The notes under the pieces were generated by a model that worked only from the letters and a program-made list of their open reading frames with translations, was not told the origin of the DNA and made no database searches. Source: Candidatus Kryptoniota bacterium (GTDB lineage: Bacteria; Bacteroidota; Ignavibacteria; Kryptoniales; JAKASW01). From it: DNA of 64,000 nucleotides. Each line of letters opens with the position of its first letter. Within the stretch, counting starts at the first letter, position 1. Positions 9,640 to 17,941 of the stretch are shown here, in pieces. Location of the stretch: positions 49,009-113,008 of the forward strand of contig DATCTN010000007.1 of assembly GCA_036567965.1 (NCBI GenBank), given 5' to 3'. The position numbers were made by a program, and so were the translations under genes.

Positions 9640-9972
9640 ATGAAGAAAGTGCAGCTTCTTAAGCTGGCTCATGCGCGGAGCGGTGATAAGGGCGATGCTT
9701 CAAATATCGGCCTCATCGCGAGAAAGGAAGAGTATTACCCGATATTGAAAGAAAAAGTCACTTCTGACGTTGTGAAAAAACATTTCACAGGAATATGCAA
9801 GGGGAATGTGGAGCGGTTCGAGCTTCCGAACTTGTTCGCTCTGAACTTCCTTCTGCATGAATCACTTGGCGGTGGTGGGACGGTGTCGCTCAGGAACGAT
9901 GCTCAAGGAAAGACCTTGAGTACCGCATTGTTACGGTTGGAAATCGATGTTCCCGACGATCTCGAGATTTAG
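9640..9972 (+). CDS. DUF4387-like protein (equivalent to the C-terminal domain of long AtuA proteins)
   Basis: MKKVQLLKLAHARSGDKGDASNIGLIA. The ARSGDKGD-x-NIG motif is what I recall from the AtuA C-terminal region. An alternative TTG start is at 9613. Confidence 0.6.
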   Translation: MKKVQLLKLAHARSGDKGDASNIGLIARKEEYYPILKEKVTSDVVKKHFTGICKGNVERFELPNLFALNFLLHESLGGGGTVSLRNDAQGKTLSTALLRLEIDVPDDLEI

Positions 9973-10001
9973 TTGCAGCATCTGGGTTCGCTCCGGAGAA
10001 C

Positions 10002-10508
10002 TCAGACCTTTTTCGCCTTCCTATTCTGGATGAATGCGGTAGTAAGCAATGCGCCGAGGATCGTGAAGATTGAGTAGGCCACGACTATTAAGAAGAAGCT
10101 TGTTAGCGATTCAAACAGTCCCGGTCTCTTTGCCGAAGCGACGGCCTGGTTCAGTAGATCCATCGTATCGGAGGGGATTTGCAGGTTTCCGAATAGCCGC
10201 TTAAAAATATTTAGAATCATTCCGAACTTGATGTCAGCGATGAACGGCCCGATAGTAATATTCAACACCGTTTCAAATCCCGCAGCAAAAATACCTGTCC
10301 AGAGGCCGAGGTAAAATCCGTCAATGTTCATTATGGACTCACCCTCATGGAGGTCCATTTTGAAAAACAGGACCGCGAGGATGCCTCCTCCGAGAATTCC
10401 GGCGCAGCAGAGACAGTTTATCAGAAACAGGCCGGGCGCGAAATTTATGATCGACACAATCAATCCGGCGAAGAGAGCCGGCTTCACGTAAACCGATTTA
10501 TTTCTCAT
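10002..10508 (-). CDS. Hypothetical integral membrane protein (about 4 TM)
   Basis: Hydrophobic segments include ALFAGLIVSIINFAPGLFLINCLCCAGILGGGILAVLFF and FFLIVVAYSIFTILGALLTTAF. No family recognised. The start was chosen at Met7 of the track ORF 10002..10526. Confidence 0.55.
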   Translation of the reverse strand: MRNKSVYVKPALFAGLIVSIINFAPGLFLINCLCCAGILGGGILAVLFFKMDLHEGESIMNIDGFYLGLWTGIFAAGFETVLNITIGPFIADIKFGMILNIFKRLFGNLQIPSDTMDLLNQAVASAKRPGLFESLTSFFLIVVAYSIFTILGALLTTAFIQNRKAKKV

Positions 10509-10980
10509 GCTGTGGGCTTCCTTCAAATTTTAATTCCTTCATAAGCGACATCCATGCGGGAACGATGTAGAAAGCCAGCGATATCCCGAAGAGACCACCG
10601 GTCAGCGATCTTGAAACAAATGTATTGTGCCCAACCTCTGTAAAGTTCATTGCAAAATCCGCAATGAGAATCCCGAGCGGGACCGCCAGAAAGAGTAGTC
10701 CGGGTAAGTGCGAGCCTTTCAGCGGCTTGAACAGCGGATAACAAATCATTCCAAATGTCGCACCGTAATAAATTGACGCACAACGCGAGCATACCGCCAG
10801 TTTGTTTCCGAAGATATGAAAGCTCCTTTCGTCGATCTGATGACAAAGGGGTTGAAAGAATCGGTACAGAAGATCAGCGTTCAGGCCGAGATGGGTGAGA
10901 ACAGGAGGAATCGTGAACAAGAAATCATAAAACAAAGCAAGCCCAATCAAGAAAAGATATGATTTGATTTCAGATCTCAA
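10498..10980 (-). CDS. DUF2085-family membrane protein
   Basis: CHQIDERSFHIFGNKLAVCSRCASIYYG, matching the DUF2085 CHQ...C-x-R-C motif. TTG start overlaps the argB stop as TTGA. Confidence 0.7.
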   Translation of the reverse strand: MRSEIKSYLFLIGLALFYDFLFTIPPVLTHLGLNADLLYRFFQPLCHQIDERSFHIFGNKLAVCSRCASIYYGATFGMICYPLFKPLKGSHLPGLLFLAVPLGILIADFAMNFTEVGHNTFVSRSLTGGLFGISLAFYIVPAWMSLMKELKFEGSPQHEK

Positions 10981-11744
10981 ATGTTCACCCTCGTTCCGGC
11001 CTCTCTTCCGGACACCATGGCGTCTGCGCCTTCGACGTCGGTCACGTAGGCTAGCCTCACACCGTTCTTCAGGGCGCTCATCGCCGATTCCACTTTTGGC
11101 ACCATCCCGCCCCCGATTGTGCCGTCCAGTTTGAGACGCTCGAACTCGATCGCGTCGATCGATTGCAGGAGTGTTCCGTTCTTCATCACGCCGGGGACGT
11201 TAGATAGGAAAATCGCGAGATCGGAAGAGATCGCGGATGCGACCGCGGCCGCAGCATAATCTGCATTTACGTTGAGCAGTCCATTCATGTCATGGTCCAT
11301 TGAGATCGGCGATATTACGATGACGAAATTCTCCAGCAGCAAATTGAGTACAGCCGTATTGACCACGGTTATCTCGCCGACAAACCCGACATCTTTGCCG
11401 TTTCGCATTACTCGCTTAGCGGTGAGCATGCCTCCGTCGACACCGCTCAGACCCAACGCGTTCACACCTTCACTTTGCAGGCTTCGCACCAGGCGTTTGT
11501 TGACCGAGCCCGAAAGTACCATCTCGATCACGCCGAGGTCCGTTTCGTCGGTATACCTGAATCCGTCGACGAACTTGGACTCTTTGCCCAAATTCTTGAG
11601 CGCGGCTGTCACCTCTTTACCGCCGCCGTGAACAATGACCAGCCGATGACCGCGCGAATGGATCTTCCTGGCGAGGAGCGTCACTTTCCTGACGAAGGCC
11701 GAATCGTCGATTTCGTTTCCGCCGATCTTCAGGACGATCTTCAA
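10977..11744 (-). CDS. argB: Acetylglutamate kinase
   Basis: VLKIGGNEIDD, LVIVHGGGKEV and NVNADYAAAAVA. TTG start overlaps the argC stop (TTGA). Confidence 0.9.
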   Translation of the reverse strand: MKIVLKIGGNEIDDSAFVRKVTLLARKIHSRGHRLVIVHGGGKEVTAALKNLGKESKFVDGFRYTDETDLGVIEMVLSGSVNKRLVRSLQSEGVNALGLSGVDGGMLTAKRVMRNGKDVGFVGEITVVNTAVLNLLLENFVIVISPISMDHDMNGLLNVNADYAAAAVASAISSDLAIFLSNVPGVMKNGTLLQSIDAIEFERLKLDGTIGGGMVPKVESAMSALKNGVRLAYVTDVEGADAMVSGREAGTRVNI

Positions 11745-12772
11745 AGAAGCCCTTCCGTTTCATTCAAGCCGAACATTAGATTAAAATTTTGTATCGCTTG
11801 TCCCGCTGCGCCTTTGCCGAGATTATCGATCGATGAAACGACTATGGCATAATCGGATTTTTCGACGCGCTTGACGGACATTACGCAAAGATTTGTGTTT
11901 GTAGTGTGCTGCATTGTCGCGGTGGCGTTTACATTCAGAACCTTGATGAATTGCTCGTCTCTATACGCAGCTTGATATAACTCGATCAGTTTTTGGGACG
12001 TCAAGTCTGAGTTGAGTTTTACGTAGATCGTATTCAACATGCCACGAGATATTGGTACAAGATGCGGCGCGAAAATTATGCCGAGGCTCCTGCCGGCTAT
12101 TTTATTGAGCTCCTGCTCGATTTCTCCCGTGTGCCTGTGAACGTAACCGATGCTGTATGGCGAAATATTCTCGTTCGTTTCTGCGAACAGGAGCCGCACC
12201 TCAGCTTTCCTGCCTGCGCCGGTGACTCCGGACTTCGCGTCGATGATTATCGGTGCCGCCGGATCGATCTTGTTATATTTCAGAAGAGGGTACACCCCGA
12301 GAATGGTTGCTGTGGGATAGCATCCGGGATTTGCGACGAATTTAGATTTCTTAATTGCTCTTCGGTTGATCTCGCTCAACCCGTACACAAAATGGTCGAG
12401 AAAATCAGGACTCGTGTGCTTCATTCCGTACCATTTCTCATACTCATCTGCGTCGTCGAATCGATAGTCGGCGCTCAAGTCAATTATCCTGGTCCTTCCG
12501 GATCCTTTTGCGAGTCTCTCGACCACATCTTTAGCGGCACCATGGGGAAGTGACAGGAATACTGCATCGACCTTCCGGGGGTCGACGTCTTCATTCCTGA
12601 CAATTTTCATATCGTCGGTAACCGGGAATATTTCACTGATATATTTCCCCGCCGACGTCTCCGCAGTTATGTACCTGATATCGGCATGCGGATGTTTCCT
12701 TAAAATCCTGTAAAGTTCAAACCCGGCGTAACCCGATACGCCAAAAATCGCGACTCTCTTTTTTCTACTCAT
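11741..12772 (-). CDS. argC: N-acetyl-gamma-glutamyl-phosphate reductase
   Basis: [14 protein letters not shown] (Rossmann) and ANPGCYPTA (catalytic Cys). Start trimmed to MSRKKRV, giving an ATGAGTAG 8-nt overlap with the lysC stop. Confidence 0.9.
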   Translation of the reverse strand: MSRKKRVAIFGVSGYAGFELYRILRKHPHADIRYITAETSAGKYISEIFPVTDDMKIVRNEDVDPRKVDAVFLSLPHGAAKDVVERLAKGSGRTRIIDLSADYRFDDADEYEKWYGMKHTSPDFLDHFVYGLSEINRRAIKKSKFVANPGCYPTATILGVYPLLKYNKIDPAAPIIIDAKSGVTGAGRKAEVRLLFAETNENISPYSIGYVHRHTGEIEQELNKIAGRSLGIIFAPHLVPISRGMLNTIYVKLNSDLTSQKLIELYQAAYRDEQFIKVLNVNATATMQHTTNTNLCVMSVKRVEKSDYAIVVSSIDNLGKGAAGQAIQNFNLMFGLNETEGLL

Positions 12773-13994
12773 GTGCCAACATAAACTCCTTATGAAGAAC
12801 TTCAACTGCCTTCTTCATATCTTTTTCGTTTACCACTACAGAGATTTTAATTTCGCTAGTTGAAATCATCTGGATATTTATTCCCGATTCGGCCAGTACT
12901 TTAAACATTGTGGCCGCGACTCCGGAATGCGTTCTCATGCCGACGCCGACGACCGATACCTTCGCAACCTTGTCGTCTCCGACTACGTACGTCGCTTTCC
13001 TCTGTCTCACGAGATCCTGAAGGATCTCCATCGCGCGCCGGTAGTCATTTCGTGGTACTGTAAAGCTCATATCGGTGTAACCTTCGGAGCTTGCGCTTTG
13101 GATAATCATGTCCACCACGATCTCAGCATCGGCAAGCGGCGCGAACACGCTGTGCGCTATCCCGGGCCTGTCGGAGACGTGGAGCACCGTGATCTTGGCT
13201 TCGTTCTTATCGTGCGAAATCGCTGTCACAACCACGCTCTCCATATCAAGCGTTTCACTCACTACCATGGTTCCCTCGCTGTCATTGAAACTGCTTCTTA
13301 CATGAATTGGAATATCGAACTTCATTCCGAAGAGGACCGACCGGGTCTGAAGGACCTTCGCGCCCGAACTGGCAAGCTCAAACATTTCCTCGAAACTAAT
13401 TCTCTTCAGCTTTCTCGCAGCCGGTACGATGTCCGGATCGGCCGTGTAAACTCCGTCAACGTCCGTATAAATCTCGCAAACCAGCCCATCTTTCACGTGC
13501 GATTTCAAAGCGGCCGCTATCGCTACTGCAGTCGTATCCGAGCCGCCTCTTCCAAGTGTAGTGATGTCTCCCTTCTCATCAATTCCCTGAAAGCCCGCCA
13601 CGATCGCGATCGCACCTTCCTGGATCACGCTCAAGATTTTCTGGGCGTCGATGCTCTTGATGTGCGCCTTCGTGTAAGCCGAATCGGTGACCAACCTGAT
13701 CTGGTGGTTTTGAAGGGAGCGCGCATTGCAACCGGAAGAGATCAGTGCCATGGAGAGAAGGGCCGTCGACACCTGCTCGCCGGTGGACACGAGCACATCG
13801 AGCTCGCGGGGATCCGGCTCGGCGACTGTCGCTCTTGCCAGATCGAGGAGTCGATTGGTTTCGCCCGCCATTGCGCTGACCACGACGACGACATCATGTC
13901 CCTGCGACCTTGTACGCGCGACCCGCTGTGCCACGTTACGGATTCGGTCGATCGTTCCTACGGAAGTCCCGCCGAATTTTTGGACTACCAACAT
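12765..13994 (-). CDS. lysC: Aspartate kinase (with C-terminal ACT domains)
   Basis: [22 protein letters not shown] and [10 protein letters not shown]. 409 aa. Confidence 0.93.
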   Translation of the reverse strand: MLVVQKFGGTSVGTIDRIRNVAQRVARTRSQGHDVVVVVSAMAGETNRLLDLARATVAEPDPRELDVLVSTGEQVSTALLSMALISSGCNARSLQNHQIRLVTDSAYTKAHIKSIDAQKILSVIQEGAIAIVAGFQGIDEKGDITTLGRGGSDTTAVAIAAALKSHVKDGLVCEIYTDVDGVYTADPDIVPAARKLKRISFEEMFELASSGAKVLQTRSVLFGMKFDIPIHVRSSFNDSEGTMVVSETLDMESVVVTAISHDKNEAKITVLHVSDRPGIAHSVFAPLADAEIVVDMIIQSASSEGYTDMSFTVPRNDYRRAMEILQDLVRQRKATYVVGDDKVAKVSVVGVGMRTHSGVAATMFKVLAESGINIQMISTSEIKISVVVNEKDMKKAVEVLHKEFMLAHE

Positions 13995-14000
13995 CTCGCG

Positions 14001-15065
14001 TCATCCATTTTGTTTCAAGTCCATGAGTTTCAAGACCTCCGAAAAGATCGGTCGCGACTGGATAGGTTGAGGTATATCGCGCGACGCAGTATCCGGATCC
14101 TTCAACCCGTTACCCGTAAGTGTACAGACAACCACATCCTTTGCAGTGAAGAAATTCCTCTGTACCAGGTTCCTCACTCCGGCCACGGACGAAGCGGAGG
14201 CCGGCTCGCAAAAAATTCCTTCGGTGGATGCGATCAGTTTCTGCGCTGAAAGGATCTCTGCATCACTGACAATATTGATTTGACCTTTGGATTCATCAAG
14301 TGCCTGCACTGCCTGCTTCCAGCTGGCCGGATTTCCTATCCGGATGGCGGTGGCTACAGTTTCCGGATGGTCCACCACCATTCCATGAACGATGGGTGCT
14401 GCTCCCTCGGCCTGGAATCCGAGCATCTTCGGAACCGCGACAGGGAAGTGAGATGCCCACTCCTTATAACCTTTCCAATAAGCAGTGATGTTGCCCGCAT
14501 TGCCGACGGGAAGTGCGTGATGAGTCGGGGCTGAACCGAGCGTCTCCAGAATTTCGAATGAGGCAGTCTTCTGTCCTTCTATCCTGAAAGGGTTGATGGA
14601 ATTGACAATCACCGCCTTTGTCTTGCTGCCGATCTCACGCACGATGCGAAGCGCCTCGTCGAAGTTGCCATCGATCTCGATCACTTGCGCGCCGTAAATG
14701 AGTGCCTGTGCCATCTTGCCAAGCGCGATTTTTCCTTTTGGCAATATGACGAACGCCTTCAATTTTGCCTTAGCGGCGTATGCCGCGGCGGAAGCGGAAG
14801 TGTTACCCGTGGACGCGCAAATTACAACCTCAGCTTTCGATTGAACCGCTTCCGTGATCGCGACAGTCATGCCGCGATCCTTGAACGATCCCGTCGGATT
14901 TGCTCCCTCAAACTTCAGAAATAATTTGCAGGGAGCTTTCAACTCGTGCCTCAAGTTATCGGCCTCGAGGAGCGGGGTGTCTCCTTCGAGAAGTGTCACC
15001 GGCTCAACATCCTCTTTGAAAGGAAGATATTTCGAATATCTCCGAATTACGCCGCCGTAAGACAT
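14001..15065 (-). CDS. thrC: Threonine synthase
   Basis: FEGANPTGSFKDRG (PLP-Lys motif) and CASTGNTSAS. 354 aa. 6-nt gap to lysC. Confidence 0.92.
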   Translation of the reverse strand: MSYGGVIRRYSKYLPFKEDVEPVTLLEGDTPLLEADNLRHELKAPCKLFLKFEGANPTGSFKDRGMTVAITEAVQSKAEVVICASTGNTSASAAAYAAKAKLKAFVILPKGKIALGKMAQALIYGAQVIEIDGNFDEALRIVREIGSKTKAVIVNSINPFRIEGQKTASFEILETLGSAPTHHALPVGNAGNITAYWKGYKEWASHFPVAVPKMLGFQAEGAAPIVHGMVVDHPETVATAIRIGNPASWKQAVQALDESKGQINIVSDAEILSAQKLIASTEGIFCEPASASSVAGVRNLVQRNFFTAKDVVVCTLTGNGLKDPDTASRDIPQPIQSRPIFSEVLKLMDLKQNG

Positions 15066-15080
15066 GATTTGATTTCTTGG

Positions 15081-16112
15081 TTAATTGAAATTCAGTACAA
15101 TTTTGCCAAAGTGTTTTCGATTCTCGATGATTTCCTGAGCACGTCTAACTTCAGTGTATGGAAGAACCGTATCGATAACCGATCTAAATTTCTTTTGTTC
15201 GAGGAAACTTACAAGAGTAAAGAGCCGGGCTTTACTTCCCATGGTGCTGCCGTAAATTGTGAGTTGCCGCGAGAAGACGTATCTCAGGTCTGTAGCCGTG
15301 TCGACGCCGGAAGTCGCGCCGCAGGTTACGATTCTTCCGCCTCTTCGGGTTGAGAGTATGCTGTCGCGCCACGTCGCAGCCCCAATATGTTCGAACACTA
15401 TGTCGACTCCTCGTTTCCCGGTGAGTCGGTTAACTCCTTCCAGAATCTTTTCCTCGTTATAATTGATCGCTTCATCAGCTCCAAGCTTCAATGCCTTTTC
15501 GATCTTCTGCGCCGAGCCGACTACTGCGATTACTCTCGCATCGTAAAGCTTCGCGATTTGAATCGCCGCAGTTCCTACGCCGCTTCCAGCTCCCAAAACG
15601 AGGACCGTCTCCATTGGACGTACCCGCGCCTTATCGACAAGCATCTGGTAAGCGGTTATGAACACAAGGGCGGAGGCCGCCGCGTCATCGAAGGAAACTG
15701 TCTCGGGAAGCTTCAATAAGTTCTCGCGCTTCACGGCGACCAGTTCAGCATCGGTGCCGTCGCAATGCTCGCCCAGGATCTTGAATTCCCGGCATAAATT
15801 ATCTCTTCCGTTCAGACAATCTTCGCATAATCCGCAAGATCTCTGAGGAGAAATCAAAACCCTGTCGCCGGTATTTATATCATCGATATCGTGTCCAATC
15901 TCCTCCACGACACCTGCGCCATCCGATCCCAGAATTATGGGAAGAGGAAGCTTCAAGTTCTTCATTCCGTTTCTGACCCAGATGTCCAGGTGGTTGACGG
16001 ACGTGGCCTTGATGCGGACGATAACTTCGTCTGATTTTGGATGCGGAGTAGGAATTTCGTCGATTAGGACTCTGTCGACCCCGCCGTGCTCATGGACGCG
16101 GATAGCCTTCAC
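15081..16112 (-). CDS. Zinc-type alcohol dehydrogenase / quinone oxidoreductase (MDR superfamily)
   Basis: GSDGAGVVEEIG, a structural-Zn Cys cluster CGLCEDCLNGRDNLC, and LVLGAGSGVGTAAIQIAK. Confidence 0.85.
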   Translation of the reverse strand: MKAIRVHEHGGVDRVLIDEIPTPHPKSDEVIVRIKATSVNHLDIWVRNGMKNLKLPLPIILGSDGAGVVEEIGHDIDDINTGDRVLISPQRSCGLCEDCLNGRDNLCREFKILGEHCDGTDAELVAVKRENLLKLPETVSFDDAAASALVFITAYQMLVDKARVRPMETVLVLGAGSGVGTAAIQIAKLYDARVIAVVGSAQKIEKALKLGADEAINYNEEKILEGVNRLTGKRGVDIVFEHIGAATWRDSILSTRRGGRIVTCGATSGVDTATDLRYVFSRQLTIYGSTMGSKARLFTLVSFLEQKKFRSVIDTVLPYTEVRRAQEIIENRKHFGKIVLNFN

Positions 16113-16113
16113 T

Positions 16114-16899
16114 TCATCCTACGAGGACCGACCCGCCATTTACATTGAGGATTTCACCGGTAATGTGTCTCGCTAGATCGGATGCCAGGAAGAGGATCGG
16201 GCCGGCTATGTCTTCTGCCGTGGGGATTCTTCCAAGCGGAATCGATTTCCTGACCTCTTCTTTGTACGCCTTGTCGCTGAACACGTCGGCGCAAAGTTCC
16301 GTATCGACCCATCCCGGCGCTACACTGTTGACCAGAATATTAAAAGGCGCCAATTCAGTCGAGAGACTTTTCGTGAGCGAAATTACGCCCCCTTTGCTTG
16401 CAGCATAGTGTGAGTGGTGAGCTTCTCCGCGTTGTCCCGCCGTGGATGAGACATTAATAATTCTTCCTCGCTTCTGACGTTTCATGATTGGAGTGACGTA
16501 ATGGCAAAACAAGAATGTTCCCTTCAGATTGAGATCGATGGTTTCATCCCACGACTTTTCATCCAAGGAATCGATCTCTCCTCCGGTCCAAATGCCGGCG
16601 TTGTTTACCAATACATCAATGCGTCTGAAATCTAAGACAACCTCATCGACAATTCTTTTTACGATTACGGAATTGCTGTTGTCTCCCTTGTAAGCCTTCG
16701 CCTTTCCTCCCATTCCGGCAATTGCTGAGACTATTTCATTTGCTCTGGCATCGTTGCCGTGATAGGTGATGGCAACATTTGCCCCAGCTTTCCCAAATAA
16801 CATTGCGGTTGCGGCGCCGATACCTCTTGATCCTCCGGTTATCAACGCGACCTGATCTCTTAATTCGATCATTTCCTTTCCAACATCGTTCTGTTTCAC
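16114..16899 (-). CDS. SDR-family oxidoreductase (3-oxoacyl-ACP reductase-like)
   Basis: ALITGGSRGIGAA, NNAG, and the S...YAASKGG catalytic YxxxK. 1-nt gap to the downstream dehydrogenase. Confidence 0.88.
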   Translation of the reverse strand: MKQNDVGKEMIELRDQVALITGGSRGIGAATAMLFGKAGANVAITYHGNDARANEIVSAIAGMGGKAKAYKGDNSNSVIVKRIVDEVVLDFRRIDVLVNNAGIWTGGEIDSLDEKSWDETIDLNLKGTFLFCHYVTPIMKRQKRGRIINVSSTAGQRGEAHHSHYAASKGGVISLTKSLSTELAPFNILVNSVAPGWVDTELCADVFSDKAYKEEVRKSIPLGRIPTAEDIAGPILFLASDLARHITGEILNVNGGSVLVG

Positions 16900-17041
16900 T
16901 ATTTGAAAATAAATAAGGATCGCTTTTGTTTCAATTATTTCGCGGGATTTGTTTGTCGAACCTTTCGGGATCCTTATCGACCTGAATCCGACGCTAAAAC
17001 AGATTGTAAATCACTCCAGGCGGCGTTAAATTCATTGAAAA

Positions 17042-17941
17042 ATGAAAGCAGATAGATTCCCGTCGACGAGAATCCCTCACAGTCAATTCAAGATTCTTGT
17101 TCAGCAATTCGACAACTCGATGCGCTTTGCAAGCGGCACCACTAGACATGTTTATCGGAAAGCTCTCGATCAACTGTCCTCTTTCGCGAGAGTGACGCAG
17201 TTTAAGTTTACTCCCGGCGACTTTACTCAATTTCGTCTCTGGCTTTTGAACCGCAAGCACCTGTCCGTAAACAGTGTGAACACGTATCTCACCGCCTGCA
17301 GGCGATTCTGTGAATTTCTCGTCGAGCTTGGCGTTCTTGTCAGGAATCCCGCTTGGAACGTTCATGGTACAGCGCAGACTTTTAGCAAGATGTCCATTCC
17401 TCTCCGGGACGTTGAAATGTCCATAGCTTCTATCGGGAGAATAAGTGTACTCGAAAGACGAGACCGCGCATTCCTCCTCGTCATGATGGAGTGCGGCGCG
17501 ACAATATCTCAATTGATCGGCGCGGACATCAGGGACCTTCGGTACGTCGGAAAGAAGTTGGAGATAAGAGTAAACTCCAAAGGCCTTCGTGGGAAAACCG
17601 AGGCCATCAGTTTGACTGATCAAGCGCGCGGAGCTTTGCTGGATTACTTTGATTTGCGCGGGAGGACGGCCCCTGACGATCCGCTATTTACGGCTGTCCA
17701 TATGGGAAAAACTTCCAACGATCGCCTTTCGCCGAGAGGGATCCGGGCAGCAATGAAGAGATACTTGACATTCCGGGACGGAAGCAGCTTGAGGCTCGAC
17801 TCGATCCGCACTTATTGCGGGATCCGGCTAGCGATAATGGGTAAGCGCCCCGAGGAAATTCGTGCGCATATGAGATTTAAGAGCAACATGCCCATGAAGA
17901 AGATTCTGGAAAACTCACAAAATCCGATAAACTCAAGATGA
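17042..17941 (+). CDS. Tyrosine-recombinase-like protein (SAM-like N-domain + degenerate catalytic domain)
   Basis: SVNTYLTACRRFCEFLVELGVLVRNPA is typical of the phage-integrase N-terminal SAM-like domain. RDRAFLLVMMECGATISQL aligns by eye to the xTGLRxSEL box. ATGA overlap with leuS. See the finding on missing catalytic residues. Confidence 0.6.
   Translation: MKADRFPSTRIPHSQFKILVQQFDNSMRFASGTTRHVYRKALDQLSSFARVTQFKFTPGDFTQFRLWLLNRKHLSVNSVNTYLTACRRFCEFLVELGVLVRNPAWNVHGTAQTFSKMSIPLRDVEMSIASIGRISVLERRDRAFLLVMMECGATISQLIGADIRDLRYVGKKLEIRVNSKGLRGKTEAISLTDQARGALLDYFDLRGRTAPDDPLFTAVHMGKTSNDRLSPRGIRAAMKRYLTFRDGSSLRLDSIRTYCGIRLAIMGKRPEEIRAHMRFKSNMPMKKILENSQNPINSR

Noticed and set aside
12927-14249. 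A 440-aa ORF on the plus strand, the longest unexplained ORF in the track.
   Set aside because: It lies entirely antisense to lysC and the lysC-thrC junction, both of which have unambiguous motifs. Its translation is R/H/D/S-rich low-complexity sequence with no recognisable motif. This is a typical shadow ORF opposite a real gene.
16913-16977. A 9-bp inverted repeat, ATAAGGATC ... GATCCTTAT, separated by 47 nt in the divergent region between the SDR gene and the recombinase-like gene. It could be an operator or att-like site.
   Set aside because: By rough expectation, about ten such 9-bp inverted repeats within 60 nt should occur by chance in 64 kb. It has no extension and no second copy flanking the recombinase-like gene.
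16994-17623. A 209-aa minus-strand ORF overlapping the recombinase-like gene.
   Set aside because: It has no recognisable motif. The plus-strand frame carries a clear integrase SAM-like domain and an ATGA junction with leuS. Kept only as an alternative in the relevant finding.
17042-17941. The recombinase-like gene as a marker of an integrated mobile element or genomic island.
   Set aside because: I see no adjacent tRNA gene, phage genes or IS genes. The immediate neighbours are housekeeping genes, and the gene is stop/start-coupled to leuS.
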